NCBI GenBank assembly: GCA_965230625.1
Contig: CBDDLL010000001.1
Coordinates: 522,689 to 586,688 of the forward strand
Direction: 5' to 3'
Length of the DNA: 64,000 nucleotides
Source of the DNA: Saccharicrinis sp.
GTDB taxonomy: Bacteria; Bacteroidota; Bacteroidia; Bacteroidales; Marinilabiliaceae
Both the position numbers and the translations under genes were made by a program. The notes below the pieces were generated by a model that was not told where the DNA came from, made no database searches, and worked only from the letters and a program-made list of their open reading frames with translations. Positions 1 through 9,071 of this stretch are shown one piece after another (the stretch's first letter is position 1; every line of letters starts with the position of its first letter).

Positions 1-2
1 AT

Positions 3-317
3 TTTCAGTACGTGGGTGGTGGATGCGGAATGAAAGATGTAGCTTATTTTATAAGTAGTTGTTTGTATGAAGAAGATTGTGAAGCATTAGAAAATCAAGT
101 ACTCGACTTTTATTTTTCAGAATTAAAAAATGCCTTAGACAGAAAGGGTAAAAACATCAACTTTAAGGATTTAGAAAACGAATGGAGAGAACTTTACCCA
201 TATGCCTGGACTGATTTTCATCGCTTTTTAAAAGGCTGGAGTCCTGGCCATTGGAAAATTAATAGTTATAGCGAAAGATTAGCACAGCAAACCATAAATA
301 AGTTAAGTCAAATATAA
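3..317 (+). CDS. C-terminal fragment (cut by window edge) of a phosphotransferase/kinase-like protein (APH / ecdysteroid-kinase-like fold)
   Basis: The frame is open from the window edge. The [16 protein letters not shown] segment resembles the DFQ..G....D..Y region of APH/EcKL-type kinases. The stop lies 1 nt before the next gene. Confidence 0.4.
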   Translation, partial: FQYVGGGCGMKDVAYFISSCLYEEDCEALENQVLDFYFSELKNALDRKGKNINFKDLENEWRELYPYAWTDFHRFLKGWSPGHWKINSYSERLAQQTINKLSQI

Positions 318-318
318 A

Positions 319-1266
319 ATGCAACTTAGTCAACAAGATCTGTTAACACTTACACAAAAGGCAATATTTGCCGCTGAACAAGCAGGTAAAGAGATTAATA
401 ATAGCACTAAGAGTAACTTAAATATCTCTTTTAAAACCAGTAATACCAGCTTGGAAAATACACCAACTGGCGGCAACAGTATTGCCTCACAAATTGTTAC
501 TGAGGTTGATATTAAAAGTCAAAATGTTATTTTAGACATTTTAACTCCTACTCTATCGTTATATGATTTAGGACTTTTAACTGAAGAACAATGCGACGAT
601 AAAAGCAGATTTGAAAAAGATTTTTTTTGGTGTATAGACCCTTTGGATGGAACACTTCCTTTTACTGAAGGAAAAGAAGGATATTCAGTGAGTATAGCAT
701 TAGTTTCTCGAACAGGAATGCCGTATGTTGGTGTCGTACATAATCCCGTTAATAGCAATACTTATTGGGCATATAAAAACGGAGGTGCTTTTAAAAACCA
801 AAAGCCATGGCAGATTTCCAAAAGTACTAACCATTTTAGTTTTATAATGGATGGGAGTTTTGCTAAATCAGAACTATTTAAAAATGTACATGCCGAAATT
901 GAAAAATACGCTCATTCTAAAAACCTTAACGATATTAAGCTTATAAACCAAGGAGGAGCTGCCATGAATGCGATATGGGTAATAGAAAATAATCCCGGGT
1001 GTTATTTTAAAATCCCTAAAAAAGAACAAGGTGGAGGAAGCTTGTGGGATTTTGCAGCAACTTCTGCCATTTTTAACGAACTCAATATTCCTGCAACTGA
1101 TATATTTGGTAATACCTTAGATCTAAACAAGAAGCATTCTACCTTTATGAACCTTAATGGAGTACTATACGCTTCTAATCTCGAAATTGCATCCTTTATT
1201 CAAAACATTAATAATATTTTATTGGAGAAAGGTAAAGGGAGAAGGCAGAACGGAAAAATGTACTGA
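319..1266 (+). CDS. Inositol monophosphatase / CysQ-like phosphatase family protein
   Basis: 315-aa ORF with the family signature W-x-I-D-P-L-D-G-T (FWCIDPLDGT), an upstream acidic LTEEQCDD segment and a later GGAAMN motif. Confidence 0.75.
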   Translation: MQLSQQDLLTLTQKAIFAAEQAGKEINNSTKSNLNISFKTSNTSLENTPTGGNSIASQIVTEVDIKSQNVILDILTPTLSLYDLGLLTEEQCDDKSRFEKDFFWCIDPLDGTLPFTEGKEGYSVSIALVSRTGMPYVGVVHNPVNSNTYWAYKNGGAFKNQKPWQISKSTNHFSFIMDGSFAKSELFKNVHAEIEKYAHSKNLNDIKLINQGGAAMNAIWVIENNPGCYFKIPKKEQGGGSLWDFAATSAIFNELNIPATDIFGNTLDLNKKHSTFMNLNGVLYASNLEIASFIQNINNILLEKGKGRRQNGKMY

Positions 1267-1575
1267 AAATCGAATAAACACAACTGAGAATAAAGATTTT
1301 CTTTATGTAGATGTAACTAAATCTCCTTCACACAAAACGCCAATAAAGAAGTGTATGTCTAGACCTTAGGAATGTCATCCCTAAAGACTTTATGTGTTTA
1401 CTCGAATGTTCTCAATCCTTAGTTGAAGTTATTAGCCCACCTGCTTGAGACAAATAAGAAGTTGCAAATTGAATAAAAGTATTTTCCCATGACAATAGTG
1501 ACTCTGAATTTTTAAACTCACTTGTCGTGCAAAAGTGAATTACTTATATTGCAACCACTAATGCAATTTTAAAAA

Positions 1576-2469
1576 ATGAAGAAACATATTATTCTATATA
1601 TTTCTGCATTAATTATATTGGCAAGTTGTACTAAGCTTAAATTAGCATATAAATATTATATTAATCCATGTTATTATGATAGTCCTGTAAAACAAAACGA
1701 TTTCCCACAACATTTTATCCATGTAGATTTAAAAGATTATTACAACCAAGTAATAACTCTATCTGATTCGTTTATAGTTGACACACTTGAAAATATAGAA
1801 TATAAAGAGCACTCCTATCCTATTTTAGGAATTACCAAAAATCCTACAAGTACAAATACTAGATTATTAATTATTGCAGGAGTACATGGTAATGAAACCG
1901 GAGGTACTTTAGCTATAATTAAACTGCTAAACGACTTAAATAATAATCCATCCCGCTATAAAAACTGGACAATAAAAATAGTAACCCCCATAAATCCGGC
2001 AGGGACAATTGAGATGTCACGTTACAATGAATGTGGTTGTGATTTAAACCGTAAAATGAAGTCATCTAATCAAAAAGGTATAGTAGTTCAAAGAAGAGTT
2101 ATTGAGGAATTTAAGCCTGAATTAATAATATCATTGCATGAATCTCCATCCCAAGGATTTTTAATTCATCCAAACAAACATCTTAATAGTGACTTAAGAA
2201 ATAAAATAATAAACGATATAGAAGCTCAAAATATTAATTTGGCCACACAGGATTACTTTGGCAGAAGCTTAGTTATACCAGGTGTGTCCAAAATAAGTGG
2301 GATGATGAAATTTTTTGAAACAATTGTACAAGTTGAATCACTAAGCGACTATATAAATAAAATGGGCATTATTGAAATTACAACCGAAAGTGGATGGAAT
2401 TCGCAAGATACCTTCCAAAGAGTAAACAGTCATTTGATATTTATCGCTAGTATAATTGATAATTACTAA
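1576..2469 (+). CDS. Zinc hydrolase lipoprotein, M14-like / succinylglutamate desuccinylase-aspartoacylase (AstE/AspA) type
   Basis: Lipoprotein signal (LIILASC). The H-x-x-E zinc motif in IIAGVHGNETGG and a later SLHES histidine are typical of M14/AstE-AspA folds. Confidence 0.55.
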   Translation: MKKHIILYISALIILASCTKLKLAYKYYINPCYYDSPVKQNDFPQHFIHVDLKDYYNQVITLSDSFIVDTLENIEYKEHSYPILGITKNPTSTNTRLLIIAGVHGNETGGTLAIIKLLNDLNNNPSRYKNWTIKIVTPINPAGTIEMSRYNECGCDLNRKMKSSNQKGIVVQRRVIEEFKPELIISLHESPSQGFLIHPNKHLNSDLRNKIINDIEAQNINLATQDYFGRSLVIPGVSKISGMMKFFETIVQVESLSDYINKMGIIEITTESGWNSQDTFQRVNSHLIFIASIIDNY

Positions 2470-2732
2470 CACTACTCCAATAACATGCTAAATTTTCCAC
2501 AATATTTCGGTATCAAAAAAACTGTTTAATATCACATTATAAAACAAGGATTAAATTTTTGTTTGATTAATAATAATTATATTTTGGAAACAACTTTATA
2601 AATAAAACATATTATAATTTTCAGACATTAACCATATCATTAATATTTACTGTGCATATATACAACTAAAATGAATGATATAATAGAAATAAATGTACTG
2701 ACGAAGTGTAATTGTTGTAGCCAATTAGAGCA

Positions 2733-2873
2733 ATGAAGAAACTAATCATTGAACTGTCAAAGAATGAAGCTTTAGTATTGATTGAATTTTTATTACGATT
2801 TCGTGATAAGGACAAATTAAGCATTGAAGATGAAGCTGAAGAACAAATATTGTGGGATTTGTGTGCAATGTAA
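2733..2873 (+). CDS. Small hypothetical ORF (46 aa, MKKLIIELSKNEALVLIEFLLRF...), possibly the first segment of a broken larger gene
   Basis: ATG-initiated ORF read by hand; it is below the ORF-track cutoff. It overlaps the next open segment by ~22 nt. Confidence 0.3.
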   Translation: MKKLIIELSKNEALVLIEFLLRFRDKDKLSIEDEAEEQILWDLCAM

Positions 2874-3413
2874 TTCATCTTGAATATTTTGAAGGGTTAT
2901 TGATACATGAAGATATTGAAAGTATATCTTCTAAAATATCAACTGTTGGACTTGATTTAAGTCGATTTGATAAGAATGGTGTTCCATATGCTTCCATTGA
3001 AGATTTTATGTTACATGTTTCTTTATTTATAAGCGACCCAATTGTAGGAAATATAGTCTTAGGAGCAAGTGGAAGTGCATTGTGGGACGCAATTAAAATG
3101 TCCTCAATTTTAATATGGAGTAGAATTAAAGTAAGGCATTGGGACAGAAGATGAAAATATAAATAAACCACTTAATTTTGGATTACATGTATCAATAGAC
3201 AAAAACACAAAACTTGACTTAAAACTGGGCGGTGATTTAAGTGAAGAATTTGCATTAAAAGCTCTTGATAAGGCCATTGATTTGATAAAAACTACAAAAA
3301 AGAATGAGAACCCTGAGCCTGCTAAATTTTATACTACGAATTCTATTGGTAATTGGTGTGAATTGGATACTCTCGAAGAATTAAGAAAGAAAAGGAAGAA
3401 GAAAAAGAAATAA
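2852..3413 (+). pseudogene. Hypothetical gene interrupted by a frame change (open segments 2852-3154 and 3135-3413)
   Basis: A 100-codon segment ends at 3154. A different frame is stop-free for 93 codons (3135-3413, ending in a ...RKKRKKKKK tail) but has no usable start codon near its 5' end. Confidence 0.35.
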
Positions 3414-3426
3414 AAGAAACTATATT

Positions 3427-4392
3427 ATGAGTGACAAGAAAATTGCAGTAATTTTTGACACGAATTCATATCGAAATTTTGTTAGAGGTAAGAATTTTGA
3501 TGAAGTTATTGAACTTACGAATAAGTTAAGAAAACAAGAGAAAACAAAGGATATTAGACCTTCAGCATCTGTAATTGCTTTGATAGAAATGATTGCAAAT
3601 CTAGCAGAAGGCAAAAATGGATTTAATTATAATGATTGTTTGAACGGAATTGTTGCGATGTCTTACCATTGCTTTGATAATGTTGAGCAAGCTCCTCGAA
3701 TAATACCACACGCATATTTATTAATAGCAAAATCATTTTTTCATCAATTACCCTCACAAGTTGAAGAAAATGTGAAAAATCTTGGGGGATTGTTAAATGA
3801 CTTTAAAAATGATAAAGATATCGCTATCAGACATTATGAAAAGCAAGCTACATTTGAGAACTACAAAGAATATATTGGTAATCTTGAAACAGGGTTTTCT
3901 CAACAAATAATTGCACTTATTGATGGAGTGAAAAGTGAGATTAAAAAAGATTCTCCAGATATTTCTTCAAAACATTTGCGTGAAAAGATGTTAAATTACA
4001 TTGATAGTGATTTGTTTTATAATAATATGTCGATTGCTATATTAACAGCATTATCTAATAAAATGGGATTAAGTTATAGCCAATCTGAATTTAAAAAAAT
4101 GGGAACTTTTTTAAGTGAAAATTTTCCCTTTGCTTCTGGATTTTTCAAATGGATATGTTATGAAGTTGTAGATAAAAATATTGACTTAAATTCAAAAACA
4201 TCAAAAGAAAAAAGATGGAACTGGATTTGGGATTATAATGTGTCTTTTTCTGTCTCTAATTCAACTGTACAAGGAAGAGAAGTGATATTAGTAACTTCCG
4301 ATAAGGATTTAAAACAAATGCTGGCGGATACAGGCTTTGGTGCAAGGGTGATGGAATTAGATGATTACCTTGATTTTGTGGAATTTAAATAA
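3427..4392 (+). CDS. PIN-like nuclease-fold protein with a large central insertion (hypothetical)
   Basis: The N-terminal strand IAVIFDTNSY has an acidic D, followed by the helix ALIEMIANL with an E. The C-terminal VILVTSDKDL supplies two further acidic residues. This order matches the PIN D-E-D-D arrangement. Confidence 0.45.
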   Translation: MSDKKIAVIFDTNSYRNFVRGKNFDEVIELTNKLRKQEKTKDIRPSASVIALIEMIANLAEGKNGFNYNDCLNGIVAMSYHCFDNVEQAPRIIPHAYLLIAKSFFHQLPSQVEENVKNLGGLLNDFKNDKDIAIRHYEKQATFENYKEYIGNLETGFSQQIIALIDGVKSEIKKDSPDISSKHLREKMLNYIDSDLFYNNMSIAILTALSNKMGLSYSQSEFKKMGTFLSENFPFASGFFKWICYEVVDKNIDLNSKTSKEKRWNWIWDYNVSFSVSNSTVQGREVILVTSDKDLKQMLADTGFGARVMELDDYLDFVEFK

Positions 4393-4666
4393 AAGCTGGT
4401 AACACTGTATATACAAAATGGGCGAGATAGTAGTAAATTCAAGGGGTGCAGCTCGCTTAAAATTTTCACGGGTTGATAAGTTTGAAGCCCGCAATCGCCC
4501 ACATTTGCATATACTTGCCGTTGTATGCAAAAAAGACAGCGGTACATGGAAAATTGGATTGATAAATTGAAATTATAAACAGATAGAAAAAGAGCATTGA
4601 TTGAAGGTTGGAGCAAGAAAAAATAGTTTTTGCCCGCCCGCTTCTGCCCTTCGGGACAGTTGGGAA

Positions 4667-4733
4667 GCCAACGCACATTGCACACATTTGCAAATCGCAC
4701 AGGCTGTCGCACAAACCAAAATTTGCAAAAGAG
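4667..4733. repeat. Intergenic repeat, R family, copy R1 (upstream of the STAND gene)
   Basis: Contains GCCAACGC, CACATTTGCAAAT and AAAATTTGCAAAAGAG blocks that recur at 12632-12698. Confidence 0.5.
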
Positions 4734-4773
4734 TGCAATTATCCACGCTTAAAGAAAAAATATATCACTAAGT

Positions 4774-7700
4774 ATGAAAACTCTCGATTCGTCACAATTG
4801 AACTGGAAAAGGTATTGGTGTAAACAAGATGAACTAGTTACACTTGATGATTCTGGATTTTTATTTGACCCTGAGACTAAAGAAACTTTTTATAAGAAAA
4901 CGGATGTTGTTCCTTACAGTGAAATTTCTAATTTAAATTGTTTAGTCTTACTAGGGGAGCCTGGTATTGGAAAATCTACAACGCTTCAAAATGAATTTTT
5001 TAATCATAAAAAGACGCAGAAACCTAATGAAATATGCCTTTTTAAAAATTTAAATGAGTATGGTGACGAGAATAGGTTAATAAAGGAAATCTTTAATGCA
5101 CAAGAATTTGATAAATGGCTAAAATCTGATAAAAAATTGTATTTGTACCTTGATAGTTTTGATGAATGTTTGCTTGAAATTAAAAGGTTATTTCAAATAC
5201 TGAAAAATCAGTTTAGCAAATACAAAGAGATTTCTTCACGGTTTTATCTTAGGATAACTTGTAGGACAGGATATTGGTCAGAATGTTTAACTGTCTTTTT
5301 TAATAATCTTTACGGAACAGTTAATGTTGGAACCTATGAATTAGCCCCAATAAAAAGAAGCGATATTGAAGAAGCAGCACAACAAGTAGGACTTAATTCC
5401 AGTAGTTTTATTGAGGAAATAATCACAAAGGAAATTCAACCCCTAGCAATCAATCCATTAACATTAGACTTATTATTTCAGGCTTACCTTCATTCAAACT
5501 CTTTTCCATCTTCAAAAGAGGAGTTATTCTATTCCGCTTGCAAAAGACTTTGCACCGAACCTAATTTTGAAAGGCAGTTTCTATATCAAGCTAATTGCTT
5601 ATCGCCAGAAAAAAGAATTGCTCTTGCAGCGAGAATAGCTGCCGTAATGGTTTTCTGTGATAAAAGAGTTGTTGATTTACGAAATAACTTCGGATTATCA
5701 GATGAAGCTATTTCTATTGACATTCTGCTTGAAGGTAAAGAATACACAGATAGTTTTGAATTTCAATTTTCACAACAAGATTTAATTGAAACTATAACGC
5801 AGACTTCGCTTTTTTCAAGTAGAGGGGATTTACAGTTTGGTTTTTCTCATCTTGCGTATTCAGAATTTTTAGCAGCAAAATTTATTTCAAATCATGGATT
5901 AGAAATTGAACAGATAAAATCTTTAATTACTCTATCCACAGATGAAGAAAATAAAATAATTCCTCAGATGAAGGGTGTTGCAGCTTGGATGAGTATGATT
6001 AACTCAAAAGTTGCTGAGGATACAATAAAAAATGACCCTCAAAATGTTCTTATTGGTGACTTGGATGTGTTAAGTCTTGAATATAAAGAAAAGCTTGTAA
6101 ACTCACTTTTGGAAAAATTAAGCAACAATACAATAGATGATGGAGATTGGGGTCTACATAAGCAATATAAAAAACTAAATCATCCGAACTTATCAGAACA
6201 GTTAAAACCTTACATTGTAAATAAAGATAGTTATTTCTTAGCACGAAGAGTAGCTATTGATATTGCTGAAGCCTGTAGGTTAACTGAATTAAACTCAAAT
6301 CTAATAGATTTAGCTTTAGATGAATCAGAGGATATCCATGCAAGAAGCAATGCAGTGCATGCACTAATTGAAACTGGCGATATTGAAACCCAAAAGAAGC
6401 TAATTCCGCTTGCTACATTACCTCAAGAGCTTGACAAAGATGATGATATAAAAGGATATTCACTGAGAGCACTTTGGCCAGAAATACTAACTACTTCAGA
6501 AGTCTTTGAGGTTTTAACAACCCCTAAAAGGTCAAATTACAGTGGTGGTTATGTATTTTTCTTGTATCTATTACATGATAGTATTACAAAAGATGATTTA
6601 GATAGCGGATTATCTTGGATTTTGGAGAATATTTCATCAAATAAGGATAACCATTATAAGTTTAATAATCTGGAAGATGTAATAATAAACCTTTCATGGG
6701 AAAATGTAAATTGTATAAAAGATAAGTCCTTATTTGCCAAAGTACTTTTACTTAGAATGCAAAAGTATCAAACAATTTTTCCTACCCCCCAAAGAATAGG
6801 GAAACAATGGAATTCTCTTGTCCTCGATAACAATAACAGACTTACCATTTTTAAAGAATTGATAGAAGTAATAAAGGATGAAGAGGTTCATTTTTTAACA
6901 CACAATGAGATAATAACTAAAGATAACTTTGAAGATATTACAGATATTTTCATCAAAACTGATAGTTCAAATAGCAAACTTAAAATTGCAAAGACCTTAA
7001 CCTATTTTCAATATTCTGAATTTAGTCATATTGATAAAATACTTATGCTTTGTCAAGAACATGAAGAATTTAAAAATGCATTTAGTCATTGGCTAAAGAC
7101 CGTTGAAATTGGTTCTGATGAGGCAAACAAACTTAAACAAGGTGTTGAACAAAGGAAAGAATGGGAGAAAAAATCAAAAGAAAGAAAACAACAAAAGGAT
7201 GCTAAGAAGATTGACATGCCTTTAAGGTTGTCTAATGACTTAGAAAATTTTGAAGAAAGCAGAAATGTTAGTTCTTGGTATCAATTATTTATGGATTTAA
7301 CTCTCACTGAAACAAGTACGCATTATGGTGACGAACTTAATTCAAGTGTATTGAATTTACCTGGCTGGGAGTATGTCGATGAAAATATAAAGGAAAGAAT
7401 TATTGACTCAGCGAAATACTATATTAACAATTTTGATGATAAAAAGTCTGAATGGTTTGGTACAAATACTTTTTATCGCCCTGCTACGGCTGGTTACAAA
7501 TCATTAATCTTGCTTTATAAACTAGACAAACAATTTATAGTAGACTTAACGAGTGAAACTTGGGCTAAATGGAATCATATTTTAATAGATTATCCAGAAT
7601 CTCATGGAATTGCAGGGAAAGATGAAACTTACATTGAACTTATATCAATTTCATTTCAAAATCATAAGCAAGGTATCATAAAGGTGATATTAGAAAAAAT

Positions 7701-8991
7701 TAATAAGGCTAATAGTGGCGATGATAATTACCTAACTTTCCTAAATAAGGTTGATGCATGCATGGATAAAGATTTTCAAGATGCTTTATTAGAGAAGCTA
7801 AAGGGTAGTGAACTACGTGCACAAGTTACAAACATCCTACTCTCTAAGCTACTTGAAAAGGGAAATACTAACGCTATCTCATACAATATTGAATTGTTTA
7901 AAAATTCTAATGGTAGTGATAAAGTATTATATGCAAAATCATTAGCTAGTTTTTGCGATGAAAAAACGTGGGAAATAATTATGGAAGCCATCAAATGCGA
8001 CAAAGATTTCGGAAAAGATTTTTTCTTCTCGTTTGTAGATACTTACGTTGTTGAAATGATACCTCTTCTTGAAAGGATTTCGGAAATTCAAAGTGCAGAT
8101 TTATTTCTTTGGTTGATTGATGAATTCCCTCGTGAAGAAGACCCTGTTTTTGAGGGAGCTCATATGGTTGGTGCACGTGAAAGTGTTGGGAATTTTAGAG
8201 ACCAGATTCTAAGGATTCTTACAGGCAAAGGCACTAAAGAATCCATATTGGCACTTGATAAAATTAAAGCAGCAAGGAATGATTTAAATATAGAATTTTA
8301 TCTTGTTGCTGCTAAAAAGAATTTCCGAGCAAATAATTGGGAGCCTCTTACTCCAAACGAGTTACTAACTCTAGCAAGTAATTCTAAAGCACGTGTTATT
8401 TTAAGTTCAGCTGATTTGATGAATTTAATTCTCGATTCATTAAGTCGACTAGAATTTTCTTTACAAGGAGCTAATTCATTATCAGAAGGACTTTGGAATA
8501 AGTTAAACAGTGGCAATTATACTCCTAAATCAGAAGAGTATATATCAGATTATATTAAGCAACATTTAGATAGAGAATTAAAATCAATAGGTATTTCAAG
8601 TTATCGAGAAGTTCAACTTAGAAAACCTAGGTCAAAAGATTTTGCTGATGGTAGAAAAGGAGAAATTACAGATATTTACGTGTCCTTTACCCATCCTAAA
8701 ACTAAAGAATCTTTTAATGTTATAATTGAAGTAAAAGGTTCAAATAATAAAGAAGTAAATACGAATATGAAAGCTCAGCTCTGTGATAGATATCTTGAAA
8801 CTGACCAATATAAATACGGCATTTATTTAGTTGCATGGTATAATTGCAAGGCTTACAAAAAACAAGTTAATAAAACTCAGCAATCTACTTTATTACAAGC
8901 TAGAAAACACTATAAAGAAATGGCCAGTAAATTAGATGGTGCTGAGAAAAGTATAAAATCTTTTGTTTTAGATTGCTCATTAAGAAATTGA
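4774..8991 (+). CDS. NACHT/STAND-type P-loop NTPase with helical-repeat middle region and C-terminal PD-(D/E)xK (restriction-endonuclease-fold) domain
   Basis: Walker A GEPGIGKST (aa 61-69) and NACHT-style Walker B LYLYLDSFDE (aa 122-131). HEAT-like helical repeats occur mid-protein. The C-terminus has the ordered motifs ...ITDIYVSF...VIIEVKGS...YGIYLVAWY, typical of a PD-(D/E)xK core. Confidence 0.7.
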   Translation: MKTLDSSQLNWKRYWCKQDELVTLDDSGFLFDPETKETFYKKTDVVPYSEISNLNCLVLLGEPGIGKSTTLQNEFFNHKKTQKPNEICLFKNLNEYGDENRLIKEIFNAQEFDKWLKSDKKLYLYLDSFDECLLEIKRLFQILKNQFSKYKEISSRFYLRITCRTGYWSECLTVFFNNLYGTVNVGTYELAPIKRSDIEEAAQQVGLNSSSFIEEIITKEIQPLAINPLTLDLLFQAYLHSNSFPSSKEELFYSACKRLCTEPNFERQFLYQANCLSPEKRIALAARIAAVMVFCDKRVVDLRNNFGLSDEAISIDILLEGKEYTDSFEFQFSQQDLIETITQTSLFSSRGDLQFGFSHLAYSEFLAAKFISNHGLEIEQIKSLITLSTDEENKIIPQMKGVAAWMSMINSKVAEDTIKNDPQNVLIGDLDVLSLEYKEKLVNSLLEKLSNNTIDDGDWGLHKQYKKLNHPNLSEQLKPYIVNKDSYFLARRVAIDIAEACRLTELNSNLIDLALDESEDIHARSNAVHALIETGDIETQKKLIPLATLPQELDKDDDIKGYSLRALWPEILTTSEVFEVLTTPKRSNYSGGYVFFLYLLHDSITKDDLDSGLSWILENISSNKDNHYKFNNLEDVIINLSWENVNCIKDKSLFAKVLLLRMQKYQTIFPTPQRIGKQWNSLVLDNNNRLTIFKELIEVIKDEEVHFLTHNEIITKDNFEDITDIFIKTDSSNSKLKIAKTLTYFQYSEFSHIDKILMLCQEHEEFKNAFSHWLKTVEIGSDEANKLKQGVEQRKEWEKKSKERKQQKDAKKIDMPLRLSNDLENFEESRNVSSWYQLFMDLTLTETSTHYGDELNSSVLNLPGWEYVDENIKERIIDSAKYYINNFDDKKSEWFGTNTFYRPATAGYKSLILLYKLDKQFIVDLTSETWAKWNHILIDYPESHGIAGKDETYIELISISFQNHKQGIIKVILEKINKANSGDDNYLTFLNKVDACMDKDFQDALLEKLKGSELRAQVTNILLSKLLEKGNTNAISYNIELFKNSNGSDKVLYAKSLASFCDEKTWEIIMEAIKCDKDFGKDFFFSFVDTYVVEMIPLLERISEIQSADLFLWLIDEFPREEDPVFEGAHMVGARESVGNFRDQILRILTGKGTKESILALDKIKAARNDLNIEFYLVAAKKNFRANNWEPLTPNELLTLASNSKARVILSSADLMNLILDSLSRLEFSLQGANSLSEGLWNKLNSGNYTPKSEEYISDYIKQHLDRELKSIGISSYREVQLRKPRSKDFADGRKGEITDIYVSFTHPKTKESFNVIIEVKGSNNKEVNTNMKAQLCDRYLETDQYKYGIYLVAWYNCKAYKKQVNKTQQSTLLQARKHYKEMASKLDGAEKSIKSFVLDCSLRN

Positions 8992-9002
8992 AAATGAAAA
9001 GT

Positions 9003-9032
9003 CAGCCCACACAGCCAAGCACATTTGCAATT
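9003..9032. repeat. Intergenic repeat, R family, copy R2 (30-mer CAGCCCACACAGCCAAGCACATTTGCAATT)
   Basis: Matches 12632-12661 at 29 of 30 positions, counted by hand. Confidence 0.8.
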
Positions 9033-9034
9033 TA

Positions 9035-9067
9035 TTTGAGACAATTCCAATGGGTAGCTTAAATTTG
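9035..9067 (+). promoter_or_regulatory. Candidate Bacteroidota sigma-A promoter (-33 TTTG / -7 TAnnTTTG) for the AEP-helicase operon
   Basis: TTTG at 9035-9038, a 21-nt spacer, then TAAATTTG at 9060-9067, 4 nt before the ATG at 9072. Confidence 0.3.
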
Positions 9068-9071
9068 TAGT

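Noticed and set aside
1157-1369. ORF 1157-1369(+) overlapping the end of the IMPase-family gene
   Set aside because: It is an out-of-frame overlap with a well-supported gene and has no independent support.
4365-4823. Overlapping ORFs 4365-4712(-), 4466-4738(-) and 4608-4823(+) in the gap before the STAND gene
   Set aside because: They overlap each other on both strands, run across the GC-rich repeat blocks, have odd composition (Cys/Phe-rich) and lack any recognisable motif. The region is better explained as intergenic repeats.
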